A stretch of DNA of 64,000 bases from Anaerolineae bacterium (GTDB lineage: Bacteria; Chloroflexota; Anaerolineae; UBA7937; B3-Chlor): positions 47,409 to 111,408 of the forward strand of contig DAOUME010000030.1 of NCBI GenBank assembly GCA_034411995.1. Reading direction: 5' to 3'. How positions within the stretch are numbered: position 1 is the stretch's first letter; every line of letters starts with the position of its first letter. A program made the translations under genes and the position numbers. Shown here piece after piece: positions 47,932 through 57,882 of this stretch. The notes beneath the pieces were generated by a model. The model saw only the letters and a list, made by a program, of their open reading frames with translations. It was not told where the DNA came from and searched no databases.

Positions 47932-50334
47932 CTAAGCCATCAACTCATGCTGGGTGCGAGCGATGATCTCGTCTTGTACGCTCCTCGTCAGTTGCACGAA
48001 GTAGGCGCTGTAGCCAGCCACTCTGACGATGAGATCACGGTATCTCTCCGGATGCTTCTGGGCATCCACCAGTGTGTCCTGGTCGATGACATTGAACTGC
48101 ACATGCTTTCCCCCGAAGCTGAAGTAGGTTTTGACCAGGGCCGCTAGCTTCCTGAGATCCTCTATGCCCTTCAATGCCGACGGATGGAACTTCATGTTCA
48201 GCAACGTGGCCTGAAACGGGACCTGGTCTATGGCCATGGCACTCCTCAGCACCGCCGTGGGCCCATGAGTGTCGCGGCCCTGTGCCGGCGACATCGTCCC
48301 GTCCGCCAATGTCTCACCGGCGTACCTGCCGTCGGGCGTCGCTCCTGTCAACGCTCCGCCGGGTGCGTGTGCGGTGATAGAGATACCAGTCGGCTTCGTC
48401 GTACCCCCCCAGATGGTGGGAAATGTCACCGCGGTGTCAGCCCAGAACTGGTAGAGTTCTGCAGCTATGGAGTCCACATACGGGTCACCGTTACCGTACT
48501 TAGGCGCAGCCAGACACACCTTCCGGATCTCTGCGTGCCCGTCCCCGTGCCAGTTGGCCTTGAGCGCGGCTGCCAGTTGCGCCTTGCTGACTCGCCCCTC
48601 GTCGAAGACCAGTTTCTTCATCGCCGCCAGAGAGTCAGCCACGTTTACCATCCCCACAACGTTCAGGGCAGAGCCATTCTCGAAGGGCAGCGTGCGGTCC
48701 AGGGCATCCCGGCCCACCTTGATCGCATCCATCATGAGGGCAGAATGCACGGCGTCGGGGAAGAGCTCCCTCTGCGCCTGCAGGAGGGTGTTGTGCTCCT
48801 CCGCAGCCAATCCCATGAAATGCGCAAGCTGTTCCTTGAAGGCGTTCATGAACTCATCGAAGGTCTCGAGGGACTCGAATTCTCCCGTCCGGGGCCCGAG
48901 TTGCCTCCCCGTCCGCGGCTCGACCCCGTTGTTGATGGTGATCTCCAAGACCAGCGGGGCGATGAACATCCCGAAGGCGTTGATGCGTGACCTGCCCGGG
49001 ATGTTGACGTCGAGGCATCCCGCCAGAGCGTAGTCTCGTGCTTCTCGAAGGGGGACACCCTGGCTGACCAGATATTCGATGTACGACTTGTCCCCGACGA
49101 AGGCGGGCATGCCGATCCCTGTCTTGACTACCTCCAGAGCTTTCACCATCAACGCTTCGGGCGTGCCCTCGTGGACCCTGACGGTTATGGTGTGATGAGG
49201 AGTCTGACAGTCCCGTGCCGCTTCTAGAATGAGGTACGACAGTTCGTTGGTGGCATCTTCGCCATCCGGGGTCACACCGCCGATAACCCAGTTGTGCCAC
49301 CTCGCCATCCCCGCCCACTTCTGCCTCTGGAGCTTCCCACCTCCCACGAAGTTCAACTGCATGACCTTGATGCGGAGACATTCCAGCAACTCCAGTACTT
49401 CCTCGTCGGTGATCACCCCTCGTTCCTGGTCCCGCCTGTAAAAGGGGTACATGAACTGGTCGAATCTGCCGCCCGGAGTGGTCCCGCTGGCGATCATCAC
49501 CCAGATGAACCAGAAAGACTGGACGGCCTCACGGAAGGTCCGAGCCGGGTTACCAGGCACCCATCGACAGGTCTCCGCTATCCTTTCCAGTTCCCTCTTT
49601 CGCACCGGATCCTCTTCAGAGGTAGCCATCTCCGCCGCCAGGTTGGCGAAACGCTCAGCGATGCGCAGGATGGCTTCGTAGGCTATGATCACCGACTTGA
49701 GGAAATCCGCCTTTTTCACGGCATCGGCATCCGTGAACCTCAGGCTCCTGAGCTCTTCTTCCGCTTCTGCCACTATGGCGTTCAGCCCTTCGTTCAGCAC
49801 CTTGGCATAGTCCACTACGATCAGACTCAAGCCCAGGCCCAGGCCCCATCCCACGCCGGCAGCTCCGGTCCCGCGCCCTTCCACTTTGTCTTTCCACGGC
49901 GGGCAAAGGATTCCAGACTGAATAAAAGGCCACAGTCTCTCGTCATCGTAGAACTGCCCCTGTCTCTCGTCCAGAGTCCTGCCCTGGCCCTTCCAGTAGT
50001 CGTCCATCGACCTGAGCAGGGCTTCGTCCTCCCGGGAGATGTCGAGGCCCGCCTCTCTCAACTCCTCCATGTCGTCTTCGGGCCATGTGGGGCCCAGAGA
50101 TCCAGCCTCCAGCCCCATCGGCTTGCTGGCGATGTTGCCAACGATGAGTTCATCATCTTCAATGAATATCGTCTTGTTCTCCAGGTAGTGTGCGGTGGCT
50201 TTCGCTCTCCTCACGATCTGCGGCAAGCCTTCCGTCTGTCTGTACGACTCCATGACCAGACGCACCTTCTCCACACAGATCGGGTACCTCTCCGGCTGAA
50301 GCCTTTCTCTCAACCGCTGTGCACGCTCGTTCAT
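47932..50334 (-). CDS. Glycyl-radical enzyme, PFL2/glycerol-dehydratase clade, unassigned specificity
   Basis: Glycyl motif RVAGYSAYFV near the C-terminus. Thiyl loop AGCLDV (nt 49020-49009). N-terminus ERAQRLRERL...CVEKVRL. Start set to ATG 50334, 52 nt after the activase stop; the track start is 50394. Confidence 0.9.
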   Translation of the reverse strand: MNERAQRLRERLQPERYPICVEKVRLVMESYRQTEGLPQIVRRAKATAHYLENKTIFIEDDELIVGNIASKPMGLEAGSLGPTWPEDDMEELREAGLDISREDEALLRSMDDYWKGQGRTLDERQGQFYDDERLWPFIQSGILCPPWKDKVEGRGTGAAGVGWGLGLGLSLIVVDYAKVLNEGLNAIVAEAEEELRSLRFTDADAVKKADFLKSVIIAYEAILRIAERFANLAAEMATSEEDPVRKRELERIAETCRWVPGNPARTFREAVQSFWFIWVMIASGTTPGGRFDQFMYPFYRRDQERGVITDEEVLELLECLRIKVMQLNFVGGGKLQRQKWAGMARWHNWVIGGVTPDGEDATNELSYLILEAARDCQTPHHTITVRVHEGTPEALMVKALEVVKTGIGMPAFVGDKSYIEYLVSQGVPLREARDYALAGCLDVNIPGRSRINAFGMFIAPLVLEITINNGVEPRTGRQLGPRTGEFESLETFDEFMNAFKEQLAHFMGLAAEEHNTLLQAQRELFPDAVHSALMMDAIKVGRDALDRTLPFENGSALNVVGMVNVADSLAAMKKLVFDEGRVSKAQLAAALKANWHGDGHAEIRKVCLAAPKYGNGDPYVDSIAAELYQFWADTAVTFPTIWGGTTKPTGISITAHAPGGALTGATPDGRYAGETLADGTMSPAQGRDTHGPTAVLRSAMAIDQVPFQATLLNMKFHPSALKGIEDLRKLAALVKTYFSFGGKHVQFNVIDQDTLVDAQKHPERYRDLIVRVAGYSAYFVQLTRSVQDEIIARTQHELMA

Positions 50335-50386
50335 GTCTATTCCCCACCTCGACCCGTAGTCCGGGGACCAGAACGGTGCTCGCGGC

Positions 50387-51322
50387 TCACCCACCCAAAT
50401 GGACGATCAAGCCGAAGGATTCGAAAACCTCCCCTATTTCCTCCATGTGTTCTTCGCTGGGTGGCTGGGCGGCAATGGACTTGCCAGGCTGCTCCATTCT
50501 GTCGTGCTTGGCCTCGCCGAGCCTGTGATAGGGAAGCAAGTGAACCTCGACTGAATCTCCGAGCTGAGTGGCTACGAATCGACCCGTCGCCGCGAGATTC
50601 TCGACCGTATCATTGTAGCCCGGAATCACCGGTACCCGCGCAAGCATCGGGATGCTCAGTTCACGATGGATTCGCTCTGCGTTCTCCAAGATCAGCTCGT
50701 TGGATACTCCGGTGTATCTCTGATGTTGCTCCGGGTCCATGTGTTTGAAGTCGTACAGTACGAGGTCGACGTGCTCCAGCACCTGCCGCACAGTCTGCCA
50801 AGGCGCGTATCCACAGGTGTCCAGGGTGGTGTGTATGCCGCTTTCTCTGCAGAGCCTGAACACCGCCGCGGTGAATTCGGGTTGGGCCAACGGCTCGCCA
50901 CCGCTCAACGTTGCGCCACCTCCCGATCTCTGGTAGAAGATGTCATCCGCCGCGACCTCATCGAACACCTCTCCGGCAGTGATCTGTCGTCCCATGAGGC
51001 TTCTGGCCTCGTTGGGACAGACCTCCGCACATTTGCCGGCACCTCTGCACCGGTCGCGGTCGGTGCGCGAACGCTCCCCCACGACCTCGATGGCTCCTTC
51101 GGGACAAGCGCGCACACACGCTCCGCATCCTGTGCAGTTCTCGGCCACGAAGAAGACCTCCGGTCGCGCGGTCTGCGATTCCGGATTCTGGCACCAGAGA
51201 CAGTGCAGAGGACATCCCTTGAGGAACACCGTGGTCCGGATCCCTGGACCGTCGTGTATAGAATAACGTTGCACGTTGAAGATCACACCTGGCGTGTCTC
51301 GTGCATCAGTCAGTCCCATCAA
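50387..51322 (-). CDS. Glycyl-radical-enzyme activating protein (radical SAM, with two auxiliary ferredoxin-like clusters)
   Basis: CPLHCLWC (C-x3-C-x2-C), CTGCGACVRACP, CRGAGKCAEVCP and GGGATLSGGEP. Confidence 0.9.
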   Translation of the reverse strand: MMGLTDARDTPGVIFNVQRYSIHDGPGIRTTVFLKGCPLHCLWCQNPESQTARPEVFFVAENCTGCGACVRACPEGAIEVVGERSRTDRDRCRGAGKCAEVCPNEARSLMGRQITAGEVFDEVAADDIFYQRSGGGATLSGGEPLAQPEFTAAVFRLCRESGIHTTLDTCGYAPWQTVRQVLEHVDLVLYDFKHMDPEQHQRYTGVSNELILENAERIHRELSIPMLARVPVIPGYNDTVENLAATGRFVATQLGDSVEVHLLPYHRLGEAKHDRMEQPGKSIAAQPPSEEHMEEIGEVFESFGLIVHLGG

Positions 51323-51362
51323 CGTTCCCGCTCTTCGTCTCCACGATCCGGCTCAGATGGAG

Positions 51363-52916
51363 CTAATGAATCCTCCGCTCCTCATCTCTCCAGTACTCTT
51401 CCCTTATTTCCGCCTTCTTGATCTTGCCACTGCCTGTCTTGGGCAACGCTTGCCTGAACTCCACTGATCTGGGCTTCTTGTAGCTGGCCAGATGTGCCTT
51501 GCAGAAGTCGATGAGCTCTTCTTCGGAAGCTTCCACCCCGTCTTTGAGCACCACGACCGCCTTCACAGACTCGCCCCACTTCTTGTCCGGCACCCCCACC
51601 ACCGCAGCCTCAAGCACTGCGGGGTGCATGTACAGGACGTCCTCTACCTCCCGAGAGTAGATGTTCTCTCCCCCGCTGATGATCATATCCTTCTTTCTGT
51701 CTACCAGGTAGACGTAGCCATCCTCATCCAGCCTACCCACGTCCCCCGTGTGCAGCCAGCCGTCCTCTTCTATTGTTTCGGCCGTCTGCTGAGGCATTCC
51801 CCAGTACCCTGTCATCATTCTGTCACTGCGCGCGAGTATCTCTCCCACACCTCCGGGCGGAACGTCGCGGCCCTGGTCGTCCACGATTCTCATCTCGCCC
51901 TGCCCAAAAGGCCGGCCTGCCGACTGCAATCTCTGGAGCTCCCTCGGTGAACCCTCCAGTTTGTGGTCCTCTTTCTTCAGCACTGCTATGTTCAAGCTCT
52001 CGGTCTGCCCGAACAACTGGCTGAAAACCTGGCCAAACCGCTCGAGGCCTCTCCTCAACGCCTCTGGAGGCATGGGCGCCCCTACGTACATGATGGTGCG
52101 CAAGCTGCTGAGGTCGTAGTCACCCAGGTGGGGATGCTCCAACAGCCGCATGATCATGGCCGGTACCAGACCCACGTAGGTCACCTTCTGCTTCGCTATC
52201 GCCTCGAGGACATCGGTCTCATTGAAGCCCTTATGGATCACGCTCGTAGCGCCGTAGGCGAAAGCAGGGAACAGGTGGGCCGCAGAGCCGCCGACGTGGA
52301 AGAAAGGCATCACACACAGGACGACGTCGTCGGGGGCAAAACTGCCTTGGTGAACCCCGATCTCCGCCAGCAGGCTCTTGTGCGTGTGAGTGGCACCCTT
52401 GGGATGTCCCGTCGTGCCGCTCGTATAGTAGAGAGCGGCTGGGTCATTCGGAGTCACTTCGTCCGACGGCTCGTCTGAGGGATAACCGGCGATCAACTCC
52501 TCGTAGCTGATCATGCGCTCCACATCTGCATCGAGACAGATCAGGTTCCTGATCGTGCCCAGCTCGTGCCGGATGGGGCTGACCACGTCCACGAACCCGC
52601 GCCCCACGATCAGAGTGTTGATCCCGGAGTTGTCTATCAGATAGGCAAGCTCCCTGCCCACGGACCTGTGGTTCAGCGGCACGCACACTCTGCCCGCTTT
52701 GGCCAAACCGAAGACCTCGAAATACTGCGGACAATTGTAGGCCAGTATCCCTACGCGGTCTCCTTTGCCAACACCGTGGTCCGCTAGGGCGTTCACCAGG
52801 CTGTTGATCCTCCGATTCACCTCATCGAAGGTATAGCTTCTGTCCTCGCCGACAAGGGCGATCTTATCGCCATATCTCTGAGCGTTGGCATTGATCATCT
52901 CTTTGAGAGTCTGCAT
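51363..52916 (-). CDS. ANL-superfamily acyl-CoA synthetase (AMP-forming)
   Basis: 517 aa. YTSGTTGHPKG, MTGYW, DGYVYLVDRKKDMIISGGENIY and the C-terminal GKIKK. Confidence 0.9.
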   Translation of the reverse strand: MQTLKEMINANAQRYGDKIALVGEDRSYTFDEVNRRINSLVNALADHGVGKGDRVGILAYNCPQYFEVFGLAKAGRVCVPLNHRSVGRELAYLIDNSGINTLIVGRGFVDVVSPIRHELGTIRNLICLDADVERMISYEELIAGYPSDEPSDEVTPNDPAALYYTSGTTGHPKGATHTHKSLLAEIGVHQGSFAPDDVVLCVMPFFHVGGSAAHLFPAFAYGATSVIHKGFNETDVLEAIAKQKVTYVGLVPAMIMRLLEHPHLGDYDLSSLRTIMYVGAPMPPEALRRGLERFGQVFSQLFGQTESLNIAVLKKEDHKLEGSPRELQRLQSAGRPFGQGEMRIVDDQGRDVPPGGVGEILARSDRMMTGYWGMPQQTAETIEEDGWLHTGDVGRLDEDGYVYLVDRKKDMIISGGENIYSREVEDVLYMHPAVLEAAVVGVPDKKWGESVKAVVVLKDGVEASEEELIDFCKAHLASYKKPRSVEFRQALPKTGSGKIKKAEIREEYWRDEERRIH

Positions 52917-53385
52917 TTCGTCCCCTCCAGCGGAACAGAGCTCCTCCCAGATCCATCGTGGAGCCGTTACAACCGCCTGCCGGTCGGCGATGAACCGAGC
53001 TTGCTGACCGCGTCGCTCGCCCTTTGCTCACGCGCCGGGCGAAAGCCGCAAGCGCTACGTCATCAACAGTGCCGGCATCGGGATGCACAGGTGCACCGTC
53101 GTGAACACCCTCGAAATCCGGAACATGGGCCATGGACCCGTTGGCGAGAGCCGCCATGAGGGCGGGTACCTTGGCCCTAGAGTCCAGGATCGAACTCTCC
53201 TGGGCGCCGGCTTCGGCCATCGCCAGGTCGACAAAGGCGCGACATCCCTCGCCAGGCGTGCTCGCGGCCAGGGTTACGCCTAGCGCCTCCAAGGAGCTTC
53301 TCTTGGCAGCATCCACAAGGTTATCGGGTATGTCATCGTAGCCGACGTCAGCTACGTTCTGGGCCAGGACCAACAATGCGTTCAT
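52864..53385 (-). pseudogene. MmgE/PrpD-family N-terminal fragment (truncated remnant)
   Basis: ATG 53385 overlaps the upstream ABC stop (ATGA). LAQNVADVGYDDIPDNLVDAAKRSSLEALGVTLAAS...ALANGSMAHVPDFEGVH...VHP matches only about the first 115-135 aa of ~450-aa PrpD-type proteins. The frame then decays into Arg/Ser-rich sequence and runs into the acyl-CoA ligase start. Confidence 0.6.
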
Positions 53386-54353
53386 TGCCGGAGATGATGC
53401 CAGCATTTGACCTGGTGGTCGTCATCGAGCACCGACAGGGGAGGCTCATCTTGTATGCACTGGTCATCTGATCGTGTACAGCGAGGAGCGAACCTACACC
53501 CGGTGGGCAGCCGGTCAAGCCGAGGGGGCTGCCCCGCAATAGAAACCAGTCTGTCTATCTTGGTCTCCAGCTTGGGCACGGCCTTCAACAACGAAGCCGT
53601 GTAGTGATGGGCCGGCCTGTAGAAGATCTCCGTCACGGGCGCGCTCTCTACGATCTGGCCTGCGTACATCACCGACACGCGATCACACATATTGGCCACG
53701 ATACCGAAATCATGAGTGATGAAGATGAGCGACATGCCCAATTCGCGCTGCAGGTCCCTCAGAAGCTCCAGATACTGGGCCTGGATGGTCACATCAAGGG
53801 AAGTCGTCGGCTCGTCGGCTATGAGCAAGCGAGGACGGCAGGATATGGATATGGCGCCCACGACCCTCTGCTTCATGCCACCGCTCATCTGGTGCGGATA
53901 GGCGGTGATCCTCGTCTCGGGGGATGGGATATTGACCTGTCTCAGCATCTCAACCACCCTGTCCACAAGGGCGGCCCCCTTGAGCTTCAGATGAGTGGAT
54001 AGCGATTCCGCTATTTGGTCGCCCACCGTGAACACAGGGTTCAGGGAGGTCATGGGATCCTGAAGAATCATGGAGATCTTCTCGCCGCGGACCTTCCGCA
54101 TCTCTCTGTCACTCTTACGCAAGAGATCCTCGCCCTCAAACAGAATCTTGCCGCTGACGATGCGACCAGGTCTCGGCACGAGCCTCAAGATCGACAGGCA
54201 CGACATGGTCTTGCCGCACCCTGACTCTCCGACCAGGCCCAGGGTCTCGTTATCATCGACGTGAAAGCTCACCCCGTCCACGGCCTTGACGACCGTGTTC
54301 TTCCTCACGAAGTAAGTCTTGAGATCCTGCACCGCCAGCATCCTGGTTCCCAT
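53382..54353 (-). CDS. Oligopeptide/dipeptide-type ABC transporter ATP-binding protein (OppD/DppD-like)
   Basis: GESGCGKTMSCLS, MSGGMKQRVVGAISI, LLIADEPTTSLD, GCRFAPRC. Confidence 0.9.
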   Translation of the reverse strand: MGTRMLAVQDLKTYFVRKNTVVKAVDGVSFHVDDNETLGLVGESGCGKTMSCLSILRLVPRPGRIVSGKILFEGEDLLRKSDREMRKVRGEKISMILQDPMTSLNPVFTVGDQIAESLSTHLKLKGAALVDRVVEMLRQVNIPSPETRITAYPHQMSGGMKQRVVGAISISCRPRLLIADEPTTSLDVTIQAQYLELLRDLQRELGMSLIFITHDFGIVANMCDRVSVMYAGQIVESAPVTEIFYRPAHHYTASLLKAVPKLETKIDRLVSIAGQPPRLDRLPTGCRFAPRCTRSDDQCIQDEPPLSVLDDDHQVKCWHHLRQ

Positions 54354-54555
54354 CTCAGTGCTTCACCCCTCTCGGCCAGACACTCTCCGGAGCCATCTAG
54401 AGGATCCTGTCCTCCGTCCAAGGGTAGCCGACTCTCACAGCGCAAGTCGCCTGTAGGTCCCGCCCCTCATCCCGGTTATCGATCCCGTCGTCACATCCAT
54501 GCCTACGCACCCCACCACTATCGTGCTGAAAGGAGCTGCGCCCATGGTCGTCTCA

Positions 54556-55527
54556 TCATCGGTCGTAGTGCAGACAGGCCACGGAATGCCCCAATGCCAC
54601 CTCTCTCAGAGTGGGCTCATTCTCAGAGCACCGTTCCTGGGCTCCTGGGCACCGGGGGTGGAAACAGCAGCCGCTGGGGGGATCGATGGGGCTGGGCACC
54701 TCACCAGGGAGGACACTCTTGGCGTGCTCCGCATCGGGTCTATCGGGCAGGCTGGCCGCGAAGAGCGCTCTGGTGTAGGGATGCAACGGCTCCGTACACA
54801 GGTCATCGCCCGGCGCACTCTCCACTATCTTGCCCAGATACATCACACTGATCCTGTGACTCATGTACCTTACGGTCGCCAGATCGTGAGCGATAAACAG
54901 GAAACCGAGATCCCTCTGCTTCTGCAGATCCTTGAGCAGGTTGAGTAGCTGAGCGCGAATGGAGACATCCTGGGAAGACACCGGCTCATCAAGGATGATC
55001 AGCCTGGGATCACAGGCCAGGGCTCGGGCAATGGCTATCCTCTGCCTCTGCCCTCCACTGAACTCGGCCGGGTATTGCCTCACGGCGCCGGCGTCCAGTC
55101 CCACCGCCTCCAGCGCGGCAAGAACCCTCTCTCTAGTCTCCCCCCTGTCGCAAGTCCTGTTCGCCACCAGCGGTTCTGCTACGATGCCGCCCACCTGCAT
55201 CCTGGGATTGAGAGAGGAGAAAGGGTTCTGGAAGACTACTTGCACCGATCTCCGGTAGCGGGCCAGATCTTCCCCGTTGAACTCAGTCACGTCCTGCCCG
55301 TCGAACAGGATGCGGCCCTCGGTCAGGCTCTCCAGCAACAAGATGAGCCTGGCTATGGTCGTCTTGCCGCAGCCGGACTCACCCACCAGCCCCAAGGTCT
55401 CGCCCGGCTCGATGGAAAGATCGACACCATCGACCGCTTTCACCCAGGCCACGGTCCTGGAGAACAATAGTCCCTTGATGACCGGAAAGTGCTTCTGTAT
55501 CTCTATCGTTTGCAATACTGGTGGCAT
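54556..55527 (-). CDS. Oligopeptide/dipeptide-type ABC transporter ATP-binding protein (OppF/DppF-like)
   Basis: GESGCGKTT, FSGGQRQRIAIARAL, IILDEPVSSQD, GCCFHPRCPGAQERC. Confidence 0.9.
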   Translation of the reverse strand: MPPVLQTIEIQKHFPVIKGLLFSRTVAWVKAVDGVDLSIEPGETLGLVGESGCGKTTIARLILLLESLTEGRILFDGQDVTEFNGEDLARYRRSVQVVFQNPFSSLNPRMQVGGIVAEPLVANRTCDRGETRERVLAALEAVGLDAGAVRQYPAEFSGGQRQRIAIARALACDPRLIILDEPVSSQDVSIRAQLLNLLKDLQKQRDLGFLFIAHDLATVRYMSHRISVMYLGKIVESAPGDDLCTEPLHPYTRALFAASLPDRPDAEHAKSVLPGEVPSPIDPPSGCCFHPRCPGAQERCSENEPTLREVALGHSVACLHYDR

Positions 55528-55716
55528 CCCTATGACCCTGCTTCCAGACTACCCCTGCAGGCTTCCTGTGCATATCGAGATGCCCATGGCCGCAGCCTGG
55601 GATCTGCCTGCAGTAAGGCAACTTCTCTGCTCGGATTAGCCACCCGACGCGCGCACGGCTTGCTGGCCGTTGCGGGAACGGCTCCGTGCTTGATCTGGCT
55701 CTTGGCTCCCTACACA

Positions 55717-56556
55717 TCATGCCTGGAGAGCCGGATTCAGTATCTCGGTGAGCGTGTCTCCCAGAAGGTTAAAGGAAAGCACCGTGGCCACAATGGCTAC
55801 CCCGGGGACCACCGATAGCCACCATGCGGTCACCACGTAGGACCGGCCTTCGGCGATCATGGAGCCCCAGTCCGGCGTGGGGGGAGGCACGCCCACCCCC
55901 AGGAAACTCAAGGAAGACTCCATGATGATCACGATACCGACCTGCAGGGTGGCCAGAACGATCAGCGAACTGGCCACGTTGGGCAGGATGTGTCGCATCA
56001 TGATCTTAGTCTTAGACACCCCCGCAACCTGAGCCAGGGCCACAAAGTCCATTTCCCTGACTTTCAATGTCTCCCCCCTGGCCATGCGCGCGTACTCCGC
56101 CCACAGCACCAGGCTGATCACGAAGATGATGTTAAAGAAGCTTGGCCCAACCACCACCGCAAGCACCATGGCTAGCAGAATCGCGGGGAACGAGAAGGCC
56201 AGGTCCACCGCCCGCATGATGACTATGTTCAGCCAACCACCAAGGTAACCTGCCACTGCGCCCAGCAAGGATCCCGCGACGCCCGAGACGAGGATGGCCA
56301 GCACAGCCACGGCCAACGAGGTCCTGGCTCCGTAGACTAGCCTGCTGAGAGTGTCCCTGCCGAGCAAGTCGGTTCCCAGCAAATGGGCGCTGCTGCCTCC
56401 CTCCTGCCAGGCAGGCGGTGTCAGGCGGTCGCTCAAAGCACCCTTCGTTGGGTCATAGGGCGCGACGAATGGAGCAAACACCGCCACAAGCACCAACAGG
56501 CCGATGATCACCAGCCCTATGATGCTCATCACCATGGAGGATAGACCAATCCTCAT
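55717..56556 (-). CDS. ABC transporter permease (OppC/DppC-like)
   Basis: 279 aa, multi-pass membrane protein. EAA-type loop VALAQVAGVSKTKIMMRHILPN. Confidence 0.9.
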   Translation of the reverse strand: MRIGLSSMVMSIIGLVIIGLLVLVAVFAPFVAPYDPTKGALSDRLTPPAWQEGGSSAHLLGTDLLGRDTLSRLVYGARTSLAVAVLAILVSGVAGSLLGAVAGYLGGWLNIVIMRAVDLAFSFPAILLAMVLAVVVGPSFFNIIFVISLVLWAEYARMARGETLKVREMDFVALAQVAGVSKTKIMMRHILPNVASSLIVLATLQVGIVIIMESSLSFLGVGVPPPTPDWGSMIAEGRSYVVTAWWLSVVPGVAIVATVLSFNLLGDTLTEILNPALQA

Positions 56557-56656
56557 CTAGCCACCCCTGCTGACACTGACTCAAGCAGCCCATCGAGGCA
56601 GACATCCTGTGGTCGTGCAGGATGAACTGCTGGCCCAACCCCCGAACCACCAGGCG

Positions 56657-57577
56657 CTAGGAATACCTAATGCGCGGGTCAATATAAGCATAGAGGACAT
56701 CGACCACCAGATTGATCACCAGGAACACCGTGGCCATAAACAGGACCACCGCTTGAAGCACAGGATAGTCGCGGACCATCACCGAGTCGAACGCGAGACG
56801 CCCGACCCCCGGCCAGGCGAAGACCGTTTCCACGACCACGGTTCCGGTCACCATACGTCCAAAGACCGTGCCCAGGTACGTGATAACGGGGATCAGGCTG
56901 TTTCGCAAAGCATGCTTCCAGATTACCGTCGTCTCTGACAGTCCCTTTATCCGGGCCAGCTTCACATACTCGCTGTCGAGAGCCTCCAGCATTCCAGCGC
57001 GCGTCAGACGCAGGAAGGCGGCGACCATGAAGGCGCTCAAGGCAAACACAGGAAGGACGAACTGTTCTGGCCTTCCATATCCCGATGTCGGCAGCCAACC
57101 CAACTGTACGCCGAAAACGTACATGGCCACGATGCCCAGCCAAAAGACAGGAGTCGCCTGCCCGAGCAGGGCCAAGACTCGGGAAATCGTGTCCACAAAC
57201 GACCCCTTTTTCACGGCCGCCAACACCCCTAGCGGCAGTCCGATGAGGATACTGACCGTGACGGATATCGAGGCCAGTTGCACGGTGGCCGGAAGCCTTT
57301 CCAGAACCAGCTCGAGGGCGGGAGCTCGCTCGCCTCTGATCGATCTGCCCAGGTCCCCTCTGACTGCATTCCACACGAATATCGCATATTGCTCCACCAG
57401 GGGCTTGTCCAAGCCCAACTGGCGAGTGAGCATCTGCTGATCCTCCTCTGTGCTGAACTCGCTCAGCAGCAGAGCCACCGGGTCGCCAGTCAGTCTTCCC
57501 AGAATGAAGACGATTATGCTAACCAAGAACAGCGTTACCAGGCCCTGCATCAGGCGCCTGACAATGTATCGTTGCAT
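56657..57577 (-). CDS. ABC transporter permease (OppB/DppB-like)
   Basis: 306 aa. N-terminus IVRRLMQGLVTLFLVSIIVFILGRL and EAA loop YVKLARIKGLSETTVIWKHALRNS. Confidence 0.9.
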   Translation of the reverse strand: MQRYIVRRLMQGLVTLFLVSIIVFILGRLTGDPVALLLSEFSTEEDQQMLTRQLGLDKPLVEQYAIFVWNAVRGDLGRSIRGERAPALELVLERLPATVQLASISVTVSILIGLPLGVLAAVKKGSFVDTISRVLALLGQATPVFWLGIVAMYVFGVQLGWLPTSGYGRPEQFVLPVFALSAFMVAAFLRLTRAGMLEALDSEYVKLARIKGLSETTVIWKHALRNSLIPVITYLGTVFGRMVTGTVVVETVFAWPGVGRLAFDSVMVRDYPVLQAVVLFMATVFLVINLVVDVLYAYIDPRIRYS

Positions 57578-57882
57578 ACCTGTCCCGCTTTAGCTCACGC
57601 CCGTTGGCCCGTTGCGCATCCGTTCGCTGGCGCTGCCTCGCCCGACCCTCGGCCAGGCAACGACTCCCGCCGCCAGGTTTCTCCGGCACCTAGGGACTAT
57701 AGCAGATCGATGGAGAGCGGACTACTCCGGCAGAGGCTCTGCGCCTATTTGTGCCACCAAGGCCAGACCTCCGAGGCCTCCCGAGGCTCAAACCAGCCAG
57801 CGCCATGTGTCTACGGCTCATTCGCCGGCCGAGACCTCGGAGGTCCCACCCCGCGCACAGACTTCGACTTGCTGGTACGAAG

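Noticed and set aside
49294-50748. 484-aa plus-strand ORF spanning the GRE 1 / activase junction. Similar ORFs lie at 59918-61093 and 48184-48990.
   Set aside because: These ORFs cross a real intergenic junction of the opposite strand, are Arg/Pro/His-rich, and show no motifs. They are shadow ORFs.
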